Made by a program: the position numbers and the translations under genes
Notes under the pieces: generated by a model
Told to the model about the DNA's origin: nothing
The model's database searches: none
What the model saw: only the letters and a program-made list of their open reading frames with translations
Shown: one piece after another, positions 11,948-26,654 of the stretch
How positions within the stretch are numbered: position 1 is the stretch's first letter
How the letters are laid out: the number at the start of each line of letters is the position of its first letter
From: Lytechinus pictus
Taxonomy: Eukaryota
Assembly (NCBI RefSeq): GCF_037042905.1
Contig: NC_087252.1
Span: 4,466,001 to 4,530,000, forward strand
Length of the DNA stretch: 64,000 bases
Direction: 5' to 3'

Positions 11948-14900
11948 TTGAAATCATCAGAGGGTCAACATCAAGGAGCAGGTCTTCTTCATCTGTGCAA
12001 GTTTGAACCAGGGAGTCATTCATTGGTTCCTGTTTGAACCACCAATGCTTTTACATTAAACCTACAGCATTTTGTGCGAGGGCATACATCTACAAGCAGA
12101 AACTAATGTGATGTTCTTGCATACACGTATAGTCCTTTAAGATTCTGGGAATTATCAGTAGCTGGCGCTATGTCAGGATAGCAGTGGAAATGTTCTCATG
12201 GAGAAAATCTAAAAATATGGCTGTCCACATTGTGAATACTATTTGCTTTTCTTTTATCTACGCAACACACAACATGTAGGCCTACTGTTCATTTAGGCCT
12301 ACAATGTATGTCTACCTGAATTTTTTTTATGAAGGATTTTTTCTTCACCTGTTTTTTTTTTTTGCTTTGTACTGTTCATACTGATATATATAAACGCTCA
12401 GTGTACAAATTCAAAGCAAATTACTCACTGACTCGACACAGATGCTGTATTTTTCTTTGTCTGATCAGAAAATTATTCCAGAGACACCCTAGAGTGTTGT
12501 ATCCTTCCAGCGAGGTTCCATTTCTTTATTCATGTCTGTTAATTAGACACTTGAGAAGGATATGTTGTAGTGTAGAGGAGATTTGCAATCCTGCATAATA
12601 GGCATGAAATATCAGTTCCTCTTGAAAGTATTTCCATGGTTCAGTCAATCCATTTGTTCTTTATTCATTTTATTAGAGTAGACGTGTCTCAACATGTCAT
12701 TGATACATTGGATTTGGGTTGTGTTGTTAGTAGATAGTCTGCAAGCGCAGACTCAAACGTGACGCTTTAACAAATTATACAATGTCTGCAGTTAAGACTA
12801 GACTCTTAACTGTGCCAAAGCAGCCTCAGTACATAGTGACTCTAGTCTAACTACTTCAGACCCTGCATTATGCACTAAGTGTAAACCAAAGGTCTGTGCC
12901 TGCAGTCTAGTAGGTAGGGGCTATGATATGTTTTGTTTGTTTTGTTTGTTTGGTTTTTTTTGGGGGGGTAAGATGATGATAATATACAATTTGCCGTCTA
13001 CATGCCCACTAGATGCAGAGGATGTTCCAGAGGTGATTGTGTCAGTGACAGACAAAGCTAGTCAAGACTCAACTCAATGATTTGGAAATTTATTAGGGTC
13101 TGCAAATGCAAAAACTCTGCCTATTGTCTTTTTACCCTGTTTCTGTTTCATTCCATCTCTCTTTATTTCTCTTTTTCGCTTTGATCACTTGAAAATATTT
13201 GGGGACAACCCCTCCCCTTTTAACCCTCGTCTATGAAATCTATAGAACTTCATAATTCCTCACCATCATTCCTAGGTTCTATTGAACTTTGAAGTGACTC
13301 ACTCTTATACAGAATGCACTACTGTGAGCATATAAGTAAATACACTGATGATGCATATAAGTTCTAAATTTTCATCATCATGGAAACTGTCCATCTTAAG
13401 ATAAATTGTCATCATTTCTGTTGATGATTCATGTTATTTGCCACATGATTATTTGTACGTGACTATTTCGATCATGCTCAATATATTGAAATGATGACAT
13501 TATTAGACTTAATATAAGATGTGGCATTTGAGGAAAATGATGGGGAGTTTCTAAAATGATACAACCATATACATGAAGGGGAAAGTGATTATTCTTCGAC
13601 TTTGTGTTTAAATAATTACAAAGAAATATGTTTGCACTGTGCAGTTGGGAATAAATCAGATTTTATTAAATGGATCGGAAATGAATAAAAAAATTGATAA
13701 GATTTATTACTGGTGCGAACAGGTCAGAAATAGCTAGTGTGAAAGTGTCTGCGTGAGGATGACTGGTAATGACATCATACACTGTAGATATAAACGAGGG
13801 ATGATTGTGACATCATCATTGAACTATGAAGCCTCGCAGAAGAGATGGGAGTAGTCTGTTTGGAAGAGGGGGGCATAAGATATCAAAATGTGACTGGTTG
13901 GTAATGGTTTGTGTGATTTGTATACTACCCATCCCCTTACCCTCAAATGTTCCTCCATCTCACTGCCCCCCCCCCCTTCTTCTCTCCCTCACTCTCCCCA
14001 ATCAACTCTCCCTCTTTCATTGATCTGCCACCACCCCCCCCCCCTTGCCCCCGCCCCCTTTTCTGCATCTCTCCTCTTTCTCCCACTCTCTGTCTTCCAT
14101 TTTATAAATTTCTATTAACTGTCTATCATTCATCTATCCATATATCCCTTACATCTGTCTCTTTTATTTTTTTATGTTTTATGTGTCAGTTAATCTCTTA
14201 AAATCTGGCTTTTCATAATTATGTGTGAATGTTTGTGCATGTCCAATGACATATTTCAACCTATCCCACCCCTTTCTCCCGCATGCTATCTTATTTTAAA
14301 TCCTACATGAAAAGTATAATTCATATCATGTTATTATTATCATATTGATTGTTAGTTATCTCGGGCTTAGGGCCCAGTGGATTAATGAATCACAATTTAA
14401 TCATACAATAATTAGAATAAACAACAACTTTGCAATTAACACAGTACATCCAATTTGCACAAAAAACAGTTCATTTGTATGGAAGGTTTTATTTCTCTGT
14501 GCGTCTCTCCCATGCATACGAGAGATGAATCATGACCCTAATAATAGCTGATTACATCCCAGTCACTTTACTCTGATCTGCCAACAATGAAGAGTATTCA
14601 ATATCAAATGTCAAGAAGTCGCCCATCCAGACTTGAAATAGTAACGATTAGTCTTCATGTTGTCGTATCTACATGTATGCTGTAAATGACCAGCCCCTAA
14701 TGTTTCAAGATTGTTTTACTCTAATGACAGTGAAAACCATAAGTTACATCCAGGGGTGGATCCAGGATTTTCCAATGGGGAGGGGCACATTTGTGGTTTG
14801 GTATTTTTTCAGTTAATATTTTTAGGTTATTTGATGTTAATAATGTTTTTTAAACTCATACTGATCTTCACCTAATTTTTCTATCATTTTAGCAAAAAAA

Positions 14901-17563
14901 CGTTTCTCTTGTGATAGAGGTGATGTGAGGATGGTTTATAAAAGTGGGGGGATGTTGTACCTGCAGCACATGATTGTAGTGTGATGTTAGAGAGAAAAGT
15001 AGGTAGCTATAAAATAAGGAGGATCTAGGCCTAATTGTAGATAAATATAATGATAGAGGAAGAATAAGGAGAGAATGAAATTAAAGGCGAACTGCAAAGT
15101 GTGCTGGTCTTGCGGGAGATAGAATATATCAGTAGAAAGAGCGAGAGAGAGAGAGAAAGATCGACGGAGGTCATTCTTTATGACATTGGGTTTTGGTGTC
15201 TCACTATTTCCTTCATTGGACTGTGACCCCCCCCCCCTTCCCCCCCCCCCCCCCGCCAATCCCACTGCATGGTCTGTTTCAACCAACTCGTTCTCGCTTT
15301 CATTCATCAGGTTTCATCCACCCACTTCCTATCTAGTTTACAGGATACAATCTTGTCCTTGGCGTCTATCTTCGTCTTATAAAGCAAGGCCCCACACTAA
15401 CACCGGGCCACTGCTAATGTCAAGCCTTGCATAAAGCATTCATGTGAACCTCAACCTGAGACAATTCCCCCCCCCCCTCCTCTAAATGAAAAAAAAACCT
15501 AATGACTTGTATCATGGAATTATCTCAGATATAATAACTCGGTGCTTATTTGCCTACCGGTATCCATTGCTATTTCCCATTATCTCATTCTCTCCTTGGT
15601 TTGTTTTGTTTATTTGTTTTGTTCTCTTTTTTTGTCTTTTGTATAAACTTCCACCATACGTCTTAAGTTATGACAATCTGTCTTTAGATGGTTATCATTC
15701 CCCTCTCCCAATGGCCTTACTACACCTGCACCCCTCTCTTCCAGTTTAATCCTCACCCCTTTCCCGATCATTCCCCTCCTTGCTCCAGCCTGTGCCCCCT
15801 TCTCAGAAACATTTATTACCCGTATGAATATCTTCCACTTGCCCCTTGTACCAACTCCTGTATCATGCCTTTACCCCCACTTCACCCCCAAAGAATCCTT
15901 ATAATGCTGTTTGTATTCTCCTGTTCTCTCATTGTCATCTTTTTATTTGTCCTCATTGCAACTTCATTTTTATGTCGAAATATGGGATTATAACCCTTGC
16001 TCCATTTGTGTGTATGGCTTAACGACTTCCACCATCACAGCCTCCTTCAAGCTTTATAATTCTTCATCCTATTTATATTTTCATCTTAACTTAAGGTCTT
16101 TTACTGATCGGATGTGCCTCTGTCATGTTGAGTCATACATTATAATAGTGATGAATCTGTGTGTGAGTGAGTTGGAGTCCATGGCACAGAGGCTAAATTA
16201 GGAGAGAAATAATTTGTAGAAGGTGGCATGCATTAGTCACCGAAGATGACTGGGTCTGCATCACTCCAAATCATCTATTTGCTCCAACGATGACTTTAGG
16301 ATGAGATGTGGATAGATAGGGAGGAGGAAGAAGAGACAGGATGATATCTTATCCATTGGGATGGGGTGGTGGTGGATTAAAACGGGGGTATTACTAATTA
16401 TTGGACAGTTTGAATGATACAGACTGCATCATTCAATGAGATCAGGATGAATAGGTTGTAAAGGGGGAGGGGTGGTCAACATCTCATCCCATATTATGGT
16501 GGATTAATTGGATACTAGTAGTCCAGTATGATACTGCTTGCATCAATTCAAATCATCTTTTATTCTGCTCCAGCTATGACTTGGGGACATGTTTGTTAAG
16601 TCGGGAATAAATTCATGTAATATGGTATATTGTTTAGGGGTTATATGGCACTTTAGGATGAGATGGACGGCATGGTGGATTCATGTAGGCCTACCAAAAT
16701 TATTAATACATACATGTAAGTGACATTTGGATGAATCATGAAAAGGGGAGAATATAGTTAAATCAGCATGAAAAGTAACTTTAGTTTGTACATTGTTTCT
16801 CTCCGACTTGAGAGTTGAGACCGAGTCACAGTACTGCCTCTTTTTACCAAAGAAATGATTCAAGCCTATTCTCACATGACCCTATTTGACCTCAAAATCG
16901 GGGTTCTGCTCTTTTTCAGAAGCAGAAGTTATTGATTTCCAAGAATTCTTTGAACTTTAACCCTGTGCCAGTATATGAGGCACCTTTTCAAGTTGAAGTG
17001 AATAGCAAAGGGGGCAGATTCATAAAGCATATTTGGGGCTTACTACATATTTTGTTTGTATATTTATGTTATATGTTTCTTACAAGCTACAAGCATTTAA
17101 TCATTTGAATGCGCAACAACAATAACAAAACAAAAATAACTCTTAGGATGGTTCATATTCAGGCTAAAATTGGACCTGTGTCCATTAAACCCATTAGCAG
17201 ATTAGGGCCTATGTGGTCTAATCAGGGTATTGTATGTGTAGGTCATTATGTTCTGAAAGTTGATTTATTTTACAATTTTTTGTTAAAAAAGGAAATGATA
17301 TACATTCATGCATTTTATATCATATTCCAGAACGGTTTAGATAGTTATTTGGTGATTACATGTCGATAAAGCTGAAGTCATATCTTTTTTAACAGTATTA
17401 GTTATTGGCACTTTGACACTCCTCCAAGCTCTCTCATTCTTTCTTTTTCTTGTGCGCCTCGGAATAGAATATTCCTAGTGGATGGTGAGGTATAAATGCC
17501 TACTATTAAATGCCTATTATTATTAATCATTTTCTCTTCTCTCTCTCTGTCTCCGTTCTACAG

Positions 17564-17681
17564 GTCTGCCTACATGTCCTATGGAGGTCTCTTGATGAGG
17601 TTACAGGGCGATGCTAATAACTTACATGGCGTAGAACTCAACCAGCAAGTCTACCTTCTCATAAAGAAACTAGCCTTCTAA
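17564..17681 (+). CDS. POLR2H: RPB8 final coding exon
   Basis: Pyrimidine tract plus ctacAG at 17563. Phase joins the previous exon (TT|G = Leu). Encodes [38 protein letters not shown], the conserved RPB8 C-terminus. Confidence 0.97.
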
Positions 17682-19140
17682 GGGGTTACATTTCAAGACT
17701 ACTACTTGACGAGGTGTATGGAAGTTTGATGAAGACCCTTTGGTTTGGTGTTAAAAGGGTGTAATTTGATCTTTACATCAATATAGGCAAACTGATTTGT
17801 TCATACTACACCAAAACCAACACTGAACTTGAAATCACTTGGTGTATCTTGAAGTTTGGGAGGGGTTAATAAAACGAAGGGTGTAATTTGAGGGGTTGAC
17901 CCATGAAAAGAAAGAATAATCAACACTTTCCACAGAGATTTCTATATCTCATTAGCTTAAAATTTGGTAAAGGTTTTATAGTTTTACAATTCTATCCTAT
18001 TTTAACAGAACACAGATCCCAATTACTTTCCAAATGTACTGGAATAATTATGTTATTTTGATAATGATGTAAGGATTTAAAGATGTGTGGGGGGGGGGGG
18101 CTTTCCCCTTCTGAAAAGTAGTAAGCAGCCAATGAAAGTTAATTGAAAAAAATATGAATGAAAACAAAGGAAAACCACATGAGTCAATACCCTTAAAGAT
18201 TTTACCTTAATGTAAAAATTATATATGTAAGGACAAATGGCCAAGGATTAGGTTTCAATAAGTTTTTAATATATTACTCATTCTTTGTTGAGAATTTAAA
18301 TTCTATTTTTGTAAACTGTGTTGCATGTCGGCCCATGAATATAAAATGAAAACAGAATTTGAAACTGAACATTGTCCAGACGTGTTACCTGTAATATATT
18401 GACACCTACAAAAGTAAGTGTTGTTTCAGACGAAAAATGTAATGACAGGGGGTCTGGAGTTAAAGACTAGGGAATTACTTGTTTGTGTGTTGTAATGGTT
18501 CAAATACCTCATTTTTCTCCAAAATAATAGAGAAAATATGATAATAGAATACCTGACGCCCTGGAACAAAAAAGGTCTGGTCATGGGAATGTATCACTGA
18601 TGGAGAATATTCAATGAATCCCTCTTTTAATTTCAAAACTATTTCCCACCAAATTAATGTTTGTACAAACTTGTGTTTGGCTGTTTGCATACCAGAAATG
18701 AATATCTGATATAGTTAATGCATTTAAGAATATCAGGGAATTTGATCTCCAATGTCATGTTGTGATAATCATTGCATTTTCCAGCAGCAGATCTTAATCT
18801 TTTTTGGAAATAATTAGTTTTGGTGTGAAATATTTAGAAAATAAAATAGTACCATTTCATGTTTGGTTCAAATCATCTTTCATTTTGTTCATAGTCAGTG
18901 TACATCATGAGAAAAATTATGTGGTATTTGATATAAATAAACATAATAGAAATAAACATGTGCATGTAGTCCACTACTGTCAACAAAGTTTCTTCTGATT
19001 TTCCCCCAAATTGTACTCTCCTGAAACCTTTTGTTGATCATTTACAATTACATGAACCATGGAAATAAGTGTCAACTGATTGATTACTGATCTTGTATAT
19101 AATTATTTGTATATATATTATGTATTAAAAATGGACACAT

Positions 19141-20480
19141 GTGTTGTCCTAATGTTTCCTTTTTTAAATAAAAATTATTGAGAAAATACAATATTGGTTT
19201 TTTTGTTTAGTGATATTAAAGTTTAAGAAAAATAGATGAATGGAATGGGATGGTGATGATGATGATGATGATGATGATAATTTTGGTGGTGGTGATGATG
19301 ATGATGATTTTGGTGGTGATGATGATGATGATGATTTTGGTGGTGGTGAAGATGATGATGATGATGCTAATTTTGGTGGTGGTGATGATGATGATGATTT
19401 TGGTGGTGGTGATGATGATTATGATGATGGTGATGGTGATGATGTTAATAGTTATAATGATGGTGATGATTATGATGATGATTTTGATGGTGATGATGAT
19501 TATGATGATGGTGATGGTGATGATGTTAATAGTTATAATGATGGTGATGATTATGATGACGAAATGATTTAGGGGGGCTGGTATAAAGATGATGAATGGT
19601 GATGATGCTCATGAGGGCGATAATCACAGTGATTAGAGATAAAGTTGGAGGTACTTAGATGATGATAGTGGTAGTAATGACTTGACTGATTGTGATAATG
19701 GTAGATATCATTATTCTGATGATGGACACAGTGTGAATGCCAATTAGGGTAGTGATGAAATGATTGTTTGGGCTGTTGGTGTGTTGTCCGAATGTTTCCT
19801 TTTTTGAATAAAAATTATTGAGAAAATACAATATTGTTATTTTTTGTTAAGTGATATTAAAGTTTAAGAAAAATAGATGAATGGGATGATGATGATTTTT
19901 GTGGTGGTGGTGGTGGTGCTGATGATGATGATGGTGATAGTGATAGTGATGATGTTAATAGTTATAATGATGAGGATGATGATGATTTTGGTGGTGGTGG
20001 TGACGGTGGTGGTGGTGGTGGTGATGATGATGGTGATGATGTTAATAGTTGTAATGATGGTGATGATTACGATGATGAAATGATTTGGGGGGGGCTGGTA
20101 TAAAGATGATGAATGGTGATTATGCTCATGAGGGCGACAATCACAGTGATTAGAGATAAATGTGCAGGTACTTCGATGATAATGGTGGTAGTAATGACTT
20201 GACTGATTGTGATAATGGTAGATATCATTATTCTGATGACAGTGTGAATGCCAATTAGGGTAGTGATGAAATGATTGCTTGGGCTGTTGGTGGCATTGAT
20301 TATGATGGTGATGATGATGATGATGATGATGATAATGATGATGATGATGATAATGAAATGATCTTTTGGGGCTGGTATAAAGATGGTGTATGGTGATGAT
20401 GTTCTTGAGGGCAACAACCACAATGATGATTCTCATGTTAGAGATAAATATGATGATGATAAATAATGATGATAGTGATA
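19141..20480. repeat. Tandem duplication (unit starts at 19141 and 19781) with (GAT)n/(GGT)n microsatellites
   Basis: GTGTTGTCC..AATGTTTCCTTTTTT.AATAAAAATTATTGAGAAAATAC is present at both 19141 and 19781, each followed by GAT/GGT arrays and the same unique spacer. Confidence 0.85.
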
Positions 20481-23400
20481 GAACTGTTTTTGTATAGCAC
20501 ATTGCACCTTACAAAGGTGCGCGTTAGGAAAAGAGGGAAGAAAAAATGAGGGGGTAATGATGTGATGGGGATGATGATGATGATGGAAGGGGTAGTGGTG
20601 ATTGGTGACTGCCTGACCAAGGAGATTTCAGTTTGGCTAGCTGTGATTGAAGTGGTTACAATGAGGATGGTCGTCGTTTGGGATGGTACTATTCATGTGC
20701 AATTATTTAAAAGAAACTGACTCGGGTGCATGTAGAATTTGGAATACTTAGAAATGGGATTATTTTCCGTTGTGTAAAACAAGCTGGATCCATTCTACTA
20801 TGATTTAAAATACAAAAGATGGAGAGAAGAAGAAAAAAAAATTATATTCTCGTACAAAGTGTCGAACATTTCATTAAACCCCTCCAATAATGTAAAACAT
20901 GGTTTTGGAACCTGAAAAAAAAAACCACGAACGCAGCTTATTGGGATGATAATTATGAATCTATGAAAACGTTATAATTGAAATGTACATAATTCAAAAT
21001 ATTGAGTTGTACAATCGTTTGTGTCATTGCAAAAAATAGACACAGCAGAAAAACAAACTGATTACCCCCCCCCCCCCGCCCAATTGCTTCTTTATGTTAC
21101 ATATTCAGTTTCCAACGAATTATTTAGCAGATATTCCAAATATTTTTGGATCTTTTCCATTCTTTTAATTCTAAGTTGATCGGGAAGCTTTGGGGGTGCA
21201 AAGACACCCCGCCCCATCCACAAGCACAATACGGGTTCCCTGCAATAAATAGCTGATTAATGAAGTATTTCTTTAATCAATGAAATTCAAATCGTAAATT
21301 AAAAAGGTTTGAACAATGAAAAAGAATACTAATGGTGTCAAGCTCTTTATGCCTACTTACTATATCATAACCCTGGTGTATAAAAGCGGTATGGTATGAT
21401 ATAAAGAGATATGTGATATACCTCTTCAACCACAAATAAAGGATTTCGTACCAGAAAAAAAATTGACAAGCAAAAAAAAAAGGGTCTTCAACCGCAAATA
21501 AAGGACATTTCGTACCAGGAAAAAAATTTACAAGCGAAAAAAAAAGGGGGAAAAATAAGGTCTTCAACCGCAAAGACGGGGCACACGTCGATTTTCTTTG
21601 CATTTTTACATAAAAAATAATTAATTTGCTTCTCAAAAGGGGGGAACGTCCCCTGCATGAGTTGTGACTCGTCAAGGGGCAGACTGCCCCCCCCCCCCTT
21701 AGGTACGCTAGTGATAAAATGTGTTTACATTTCAAACTAAAATACAACAAATCATCCAGGGTATGCATACACGTGTAGTATCAGTAAACAAATATCATTG
21801 CATTGCCGGGGACCTGCAAAATTAAAACTCCCCCAGGACTTAACTTCATTGAGACTTTCAACTTTCAGTTCAGTTCTGTTAGAAATATCTTTCATAGAGT
21901 ACATGATTTGATATGTTTATAAAATTCATATTTGGCAAATTAAAACAATCAAGAAGTTACAAAGTAAACAAATACATAAGAAGGAGCCATGCAGGACCTC
22001 TGAAAAAGCATCATGTGCTTATATTTGAGGCCCTAAATGACAATTGAGAAAAACAATAAAATACAAAAAATAACATTAAAACAACTTTGTTTAAAAACGA
22101 AAGTATTAGCTAAAGGCCTGCACACTATACATATAAAAAGCACATACACCCGCAAACACACATTGCAACATAAGAATAAGGAAAGTGAGAAAGAATAATT
22201 AGATAAGAGAGGAATAATAGAATCATAGTAAGAGTGAGAGCGAGAAAAGAGGATAAAACGAAGGGGAAAAAAGGAGTCTACTCAGCCAAGGATGATAGTT
22301 TTTCGAAAATATATTTTAAAAAATATATATATCTATATATAAAAAATCAAGATCAAAGGTAGAATTCAAACTAAGGTAGATGGAGTAGCTTGGACAATAT
22401 TTATGTTCATGAGTAGCAAAAAAATGAGGGCAGACAAAATAATTATAGCTTATGAATGTTATAAGATGATATTACGATGAGCGTTGTGATTCGAGCTGCA
22501 GCTGAGGAAATATATATATCTCTCCAAGATAGAAAGCGACTACAGATAAAATGTACTTCATCAACCGCAAGAGAAGTAACGATAGGAATTTTTCCCGCCA
22601 ATTTACTTTCGGTTTCACTTTTGCCCGACGCCGTTGTACAAGAGAGGCAAACAAAACAACATGTATATACACCCAGGCTTAGTCGACCAACCCACCAAAT
22701 TACATGTACTCCAAAGTGGGTGTACTGTTGCAAATAATATTATGTTTACAGTTTCGATACTTGTATTATACCACGCTCAGCTAATTGCAATGGATTACTA
22801 TTTGATAATGCGCGGGAATTCTGAGAGATGACAAATTAATACACAACTCATTAACACATTCAAGAAGGTTGATTTATGAGGCAGTGATGCTGGTTTCGGG
22901 ACCATTTATAATGTATACAGCTTTTTTTTCTAGCAAACAAAAGTAAAACAAAGAATTTAATTACAGCCTCGTAGACATGGAAGAGATTCAGCAAAAAATA
23001 TATAGCAAGGCAGAGAGTTTTTAATTCCAGTGAAACTATACCCCCCCCCCCCTCTTTTTGTTTCTTCTGCCATAGCATTTTCCAGTCAGTACTGCCACCA
23101 AGGGAGGGAAGCATTTGCTCCCCCCTAGATATTAAAAAAAAAACTTAAAGCAATAATCCGCCCTTACCCTACCAATTCCCCCCCCCCCCCCCCCGTTTAA
23201 AAATACTGGTGTCACTATTCCAAGCGCGCGAGAACAGGAGTTGGAGGGTGTGATAAAGGGGAGGTGCTATAAGGGGGGGGTGAATGATGGAAAAACAATA
23301 TAGGAGGAACGGGGACGGAAGAAAGGAGGAAGAATATACAACATAGAGCCCCCCCCTCCCCCGTTATTCAATTGAGAAAGAATTAGGCCACCTTGAGCTG

Positions 23401-23529
23401 CAGCTCCCCTATCAAAATATGACTGTGTTATAAAATAAACTTTAAAAAAGAAAATTGAGGGGGCAAAGCGCTAGCTTAAAATTTTTCTATTCCGACCCAT
23501 GAACAAGATCGTTAACTTATCTCAACATT

Positions 23530-24320
23530 ATATGCGAGCGCGAAGCGCGAGCTGACAATTTTTTTTTATTTTCGACCCGAAAATTTGACATTTTAGGCAC
23601 TTTTTGTAACCATCAACAGGATGGGTATTTATCTGAATAATTGATGCGAGCGCGAAGCGCGAGCTGGAAAATGTTGACATTCTGACCTATCGGAATTTTG
23701 ACATTCTAAGCAATTTTGGTAATCATTGATAGGATGGTCATCTAACTTAGCAATTGATGAGAGCGCGAGCTGAAAAAAGTTTAAAATTATGCCTTAAAAA
23801 TTTGACATCCTCTAATCACGAACAGGATTGGCATGCGATTAATCGATGCGAGCATGAAGCGCGAACTTCAAATTTTTGATATTCCAACCAAAATCTTGTC
23901 ATTCTAAGCACATTTTGTGACCATGAACAAGATGAGCATCTATCTAAACGACTGATGCGAGCCGAAGCACGAGCTGAATTTTTTTATTCTTATATAAAAT
24001 TTGGACAATCGAGTAAGCATTTTTGGTAATCATGAACAGGAGTATCTAACAAAACATTTTAAGCGAGTGCAAAACGCGAGCTGAAATTTTATATCTTTCT
24101 ATCCAAAGTGGGACATTCTAAGCACTTTATCTAACCACGAACAGGATTGTCACCATAAAACAACTGATGCGAGCGCGAAGAGCAAGATGAAAATTGTTAA
24201 TATTCTGACCTAAAATTTGGACATTTTATACAAAGCACTTTTGATAATCATGAACAGGATGGGCATCTAACTTTAAGCTGATGCTCGCATCAATTAAACT
24301 TGATGCGAGCAAAACTGAGC
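23530..24320 (+). repeat. Diverged ~110-bp tandem repeat with GCGAGCGCGAAGCGCGAGC core
   Basis: The core recurs near 23533, 23645, 23758, 23846, 23956, 24062 and 24167. The same family occurs at 33940-34850 and 36590-37890. Confidence 0.8.
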
Positions 24321-24829
24321 TTGGCGCCCCCCCCCCCCCCACCATGTGAAACATGAATTTGGCGCCCCGGGTCAGACATCAAATTGGAGCTCCAAAGGTC
24401 GAATATGAATTTGGCGCCCCCTCCATACATGCCCTAGGTTGAACATGAATTTGGCGCCCCAGGACAAACATCAAATCGGCGCTCCAACTTGTCTATCTTT
24501 AATGATAGACAAGTCGGATGTGTGAACTACCTGCAGAATAATTTTATTATTGAATAAAATGATTATTCCGCGAAGACCAATATCCAATGTCAGGTTTTAG
24601 CTTTATCCTTAGTCTTTAATCTGAAGGCAAAAAAATATTTATGAAATATACTTTTTAGTAGGTTGACATGATTTCATTGCACACAGATAAGATCATAAAT
24701 GGGTAGAGTTTTCATTAAAGATTCAGTCGTTTTATCGTCGGATGAAGAAAAATGAGGCAGAATAATAATAGAGGATAGATATAAGGAATATCAATAAGAT
24801 GAAAAAGAAAGAAGGAGAAAATATCAGTA

Positions 24830-25470
24830 TGTATATGAATTTACTTGTAATACCCCCCAAAAAAAATCTACTTATTTCAATTCTTTCTTCTATCCTAATA
24901 CTTTGATTTCTCTCTTTATCTCTCCTTTATAATCTTAATAATCTCTTCAACACAAATGCCTCTTTCCATTCATACTTTACGCGTCATTCAGCAGATCTTC
25001 ACCAATATCTTCCAAAAACTAAAATTTCCCAAAATTCTCTACGTTGTAGAGGAATTAAGCTGTGGAATGATTTAAATAATGATATTAAACAAAGTAAAAC
25101 CCTAAATAAGTTTAAAAAACTCTTGAAAGTTGAATTTTTTGCTCAGTATAAAAACTCCTGCCAATAGCACACTGTAGGTCACTATGACTTATAATTATTA
25201 CTTCTAGTTTGCTTGTTCATTTCCCCTATGTTATCCCATTGTTTCATTTTTTTTTTTTTAAATTGAATTTCAATGTTATTTGTTGTTCACTCTTTGTGTA
25301 TGTATTATATTAATTTGTATTTGATTGTACCATGGTGGTGCCCCACTCACAAGTTTTTTTTTAATGAAAACTTCTAGGGGCTCCCAATCCCATGTTTTTA
25401 CATAATTTGTATATACCTGTATTTTTATGATTGATTGATTGAAATAAATTTTGAATTGAATTGAATTGAA
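24830..25470 (+). mobile_element. 5'-truncated CR1-group LINE 3' end
   Basis: Encodes HSYFTRHSADLHQYLPKTKISQNSLRCRGIKLWNDLNNDIKQSKTLNKFKKLLK, typical of a LINE ORF2 C-terminus, and ends in a (TTGAA)n-like tail. Boundaries are approximate. Confidence 0.65.
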
Positions 25471-26551
25471 ATTTATTTCACTGTTAAACATTAAATTCTT
25501 CTGAATGTTTAGTCACAAGAGGGAGCTATGCAATAATGATCAAACTGCAAGGATTATTTCCCACCAATGGGAATATTCTTATATAAATGACAACACTCCA
25601 GCAAGACAGAAAATGAACAAATAAATACATATAAACAATATCTTTTTTATTTTCAGAAAGTCATAAATATACAATTACATATTTACATACATCATTTTGT
25701 ACAAAGTAAAATATATTAGATCTACTAAGTATTATCTAGTTAATTCCACATATTAAGTTAAAATAGAAGTTTTTGTTGTGAGATTGAGTTAGCAAACAAA
25801 GTGATTTAGAAAGCTCTTTGCAATGCCTACGGGCATACATGTAAGTGTATGCTCTGCGACTTTTAGAATTACCAAAATAAAAGTAAAATTATGGCTGGCA
25901 ACCAATCTCAGCTTTGACTTTGCTCATTGCTACTGGTCTTCCTAAACAACATGCATTTATTAATGGGCTTCACCAGAAGATTTAATGGACTAAAATTCTG
26001 TGTGGCTCACTTCCTCGAGTTCGAACATACTTGGATTAATATTCACTTCAGCTATAAAGTCCAAATCATTATTAGACCAAGGAATAATTAGCCCAAGCAG
26101 TCATTAGTTCTTCTGGCAAATTGACCAATTCAAATGAGACTACATGATCCATATTCTGAACCCTTGTTAATTCAAACTGGTTAACTATGGAAAGCCAATT
26201 GATTCACAAATCTCTAACATTACAGGTTTGATTTATGAGCTCATCTTCCACTCTAATCAATCAAAAGTTTCTGGGAATTCTCCACTATCATTGCATGATG
26301 AAAGGCATAGTGAACATAAGAAACATGTAATGTAAACAAAATTTTGACATTTTTTGGCTTCCCATAATTTCAGCACAGTTAGACCATGGGCTAAGTTTAA
26401 TTGGTCTTCAGAATCCGGGCCAAACGGCCTATCCCAAATTTAGAAAGATCATATGGAACTTAGACCAAATGGTTTTCAACAAAGTTAACATAAACCTCAT
26501 ATTTCACTGATCAAGACAAAGTCCATGGTAAAGTTCATAAAGTTCATATTG

Positions 26552-26654
26552 TCAAAGCACAAGGTTTTTCTGGCTCCTTTCCTCAAGGGTTTTGTCAAAC
26601 TGGTCAAGTTCATCCATTGCATTCATGGCTTCATCATCAAGGATCTCATAGTCA
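26552..26654 (-). CDS. HOATZ: HOATZ exon 6 (last)
   Basis: ttgcAG acceptor; (D)DYEILDDEAMNAMDELDQFDKTLEERSQKNLVL*; phase consistent with exon 5. Confidence 0.8.

Noticed and set aside
19240..20620. Long poly-Asp/Gly, poly-Met and poly-His ORFs
   Set aside because: They are translations of GAT/GGT microsatellites, open in several frames, with no splice or homology support. The same applies to 32212-32773.
22443..22831. Overlapping 65-96 aa ORFs as a gene or LINE 5' fragment
   Set aside because: No recognisable domain or consistent splice structure.
23530..24320. CRISPR-like repeat-spacer array
   Set aside because: Eukaryotic context, no cas genes, and the spacers are homologous to each other, so it is a tandem repeat.
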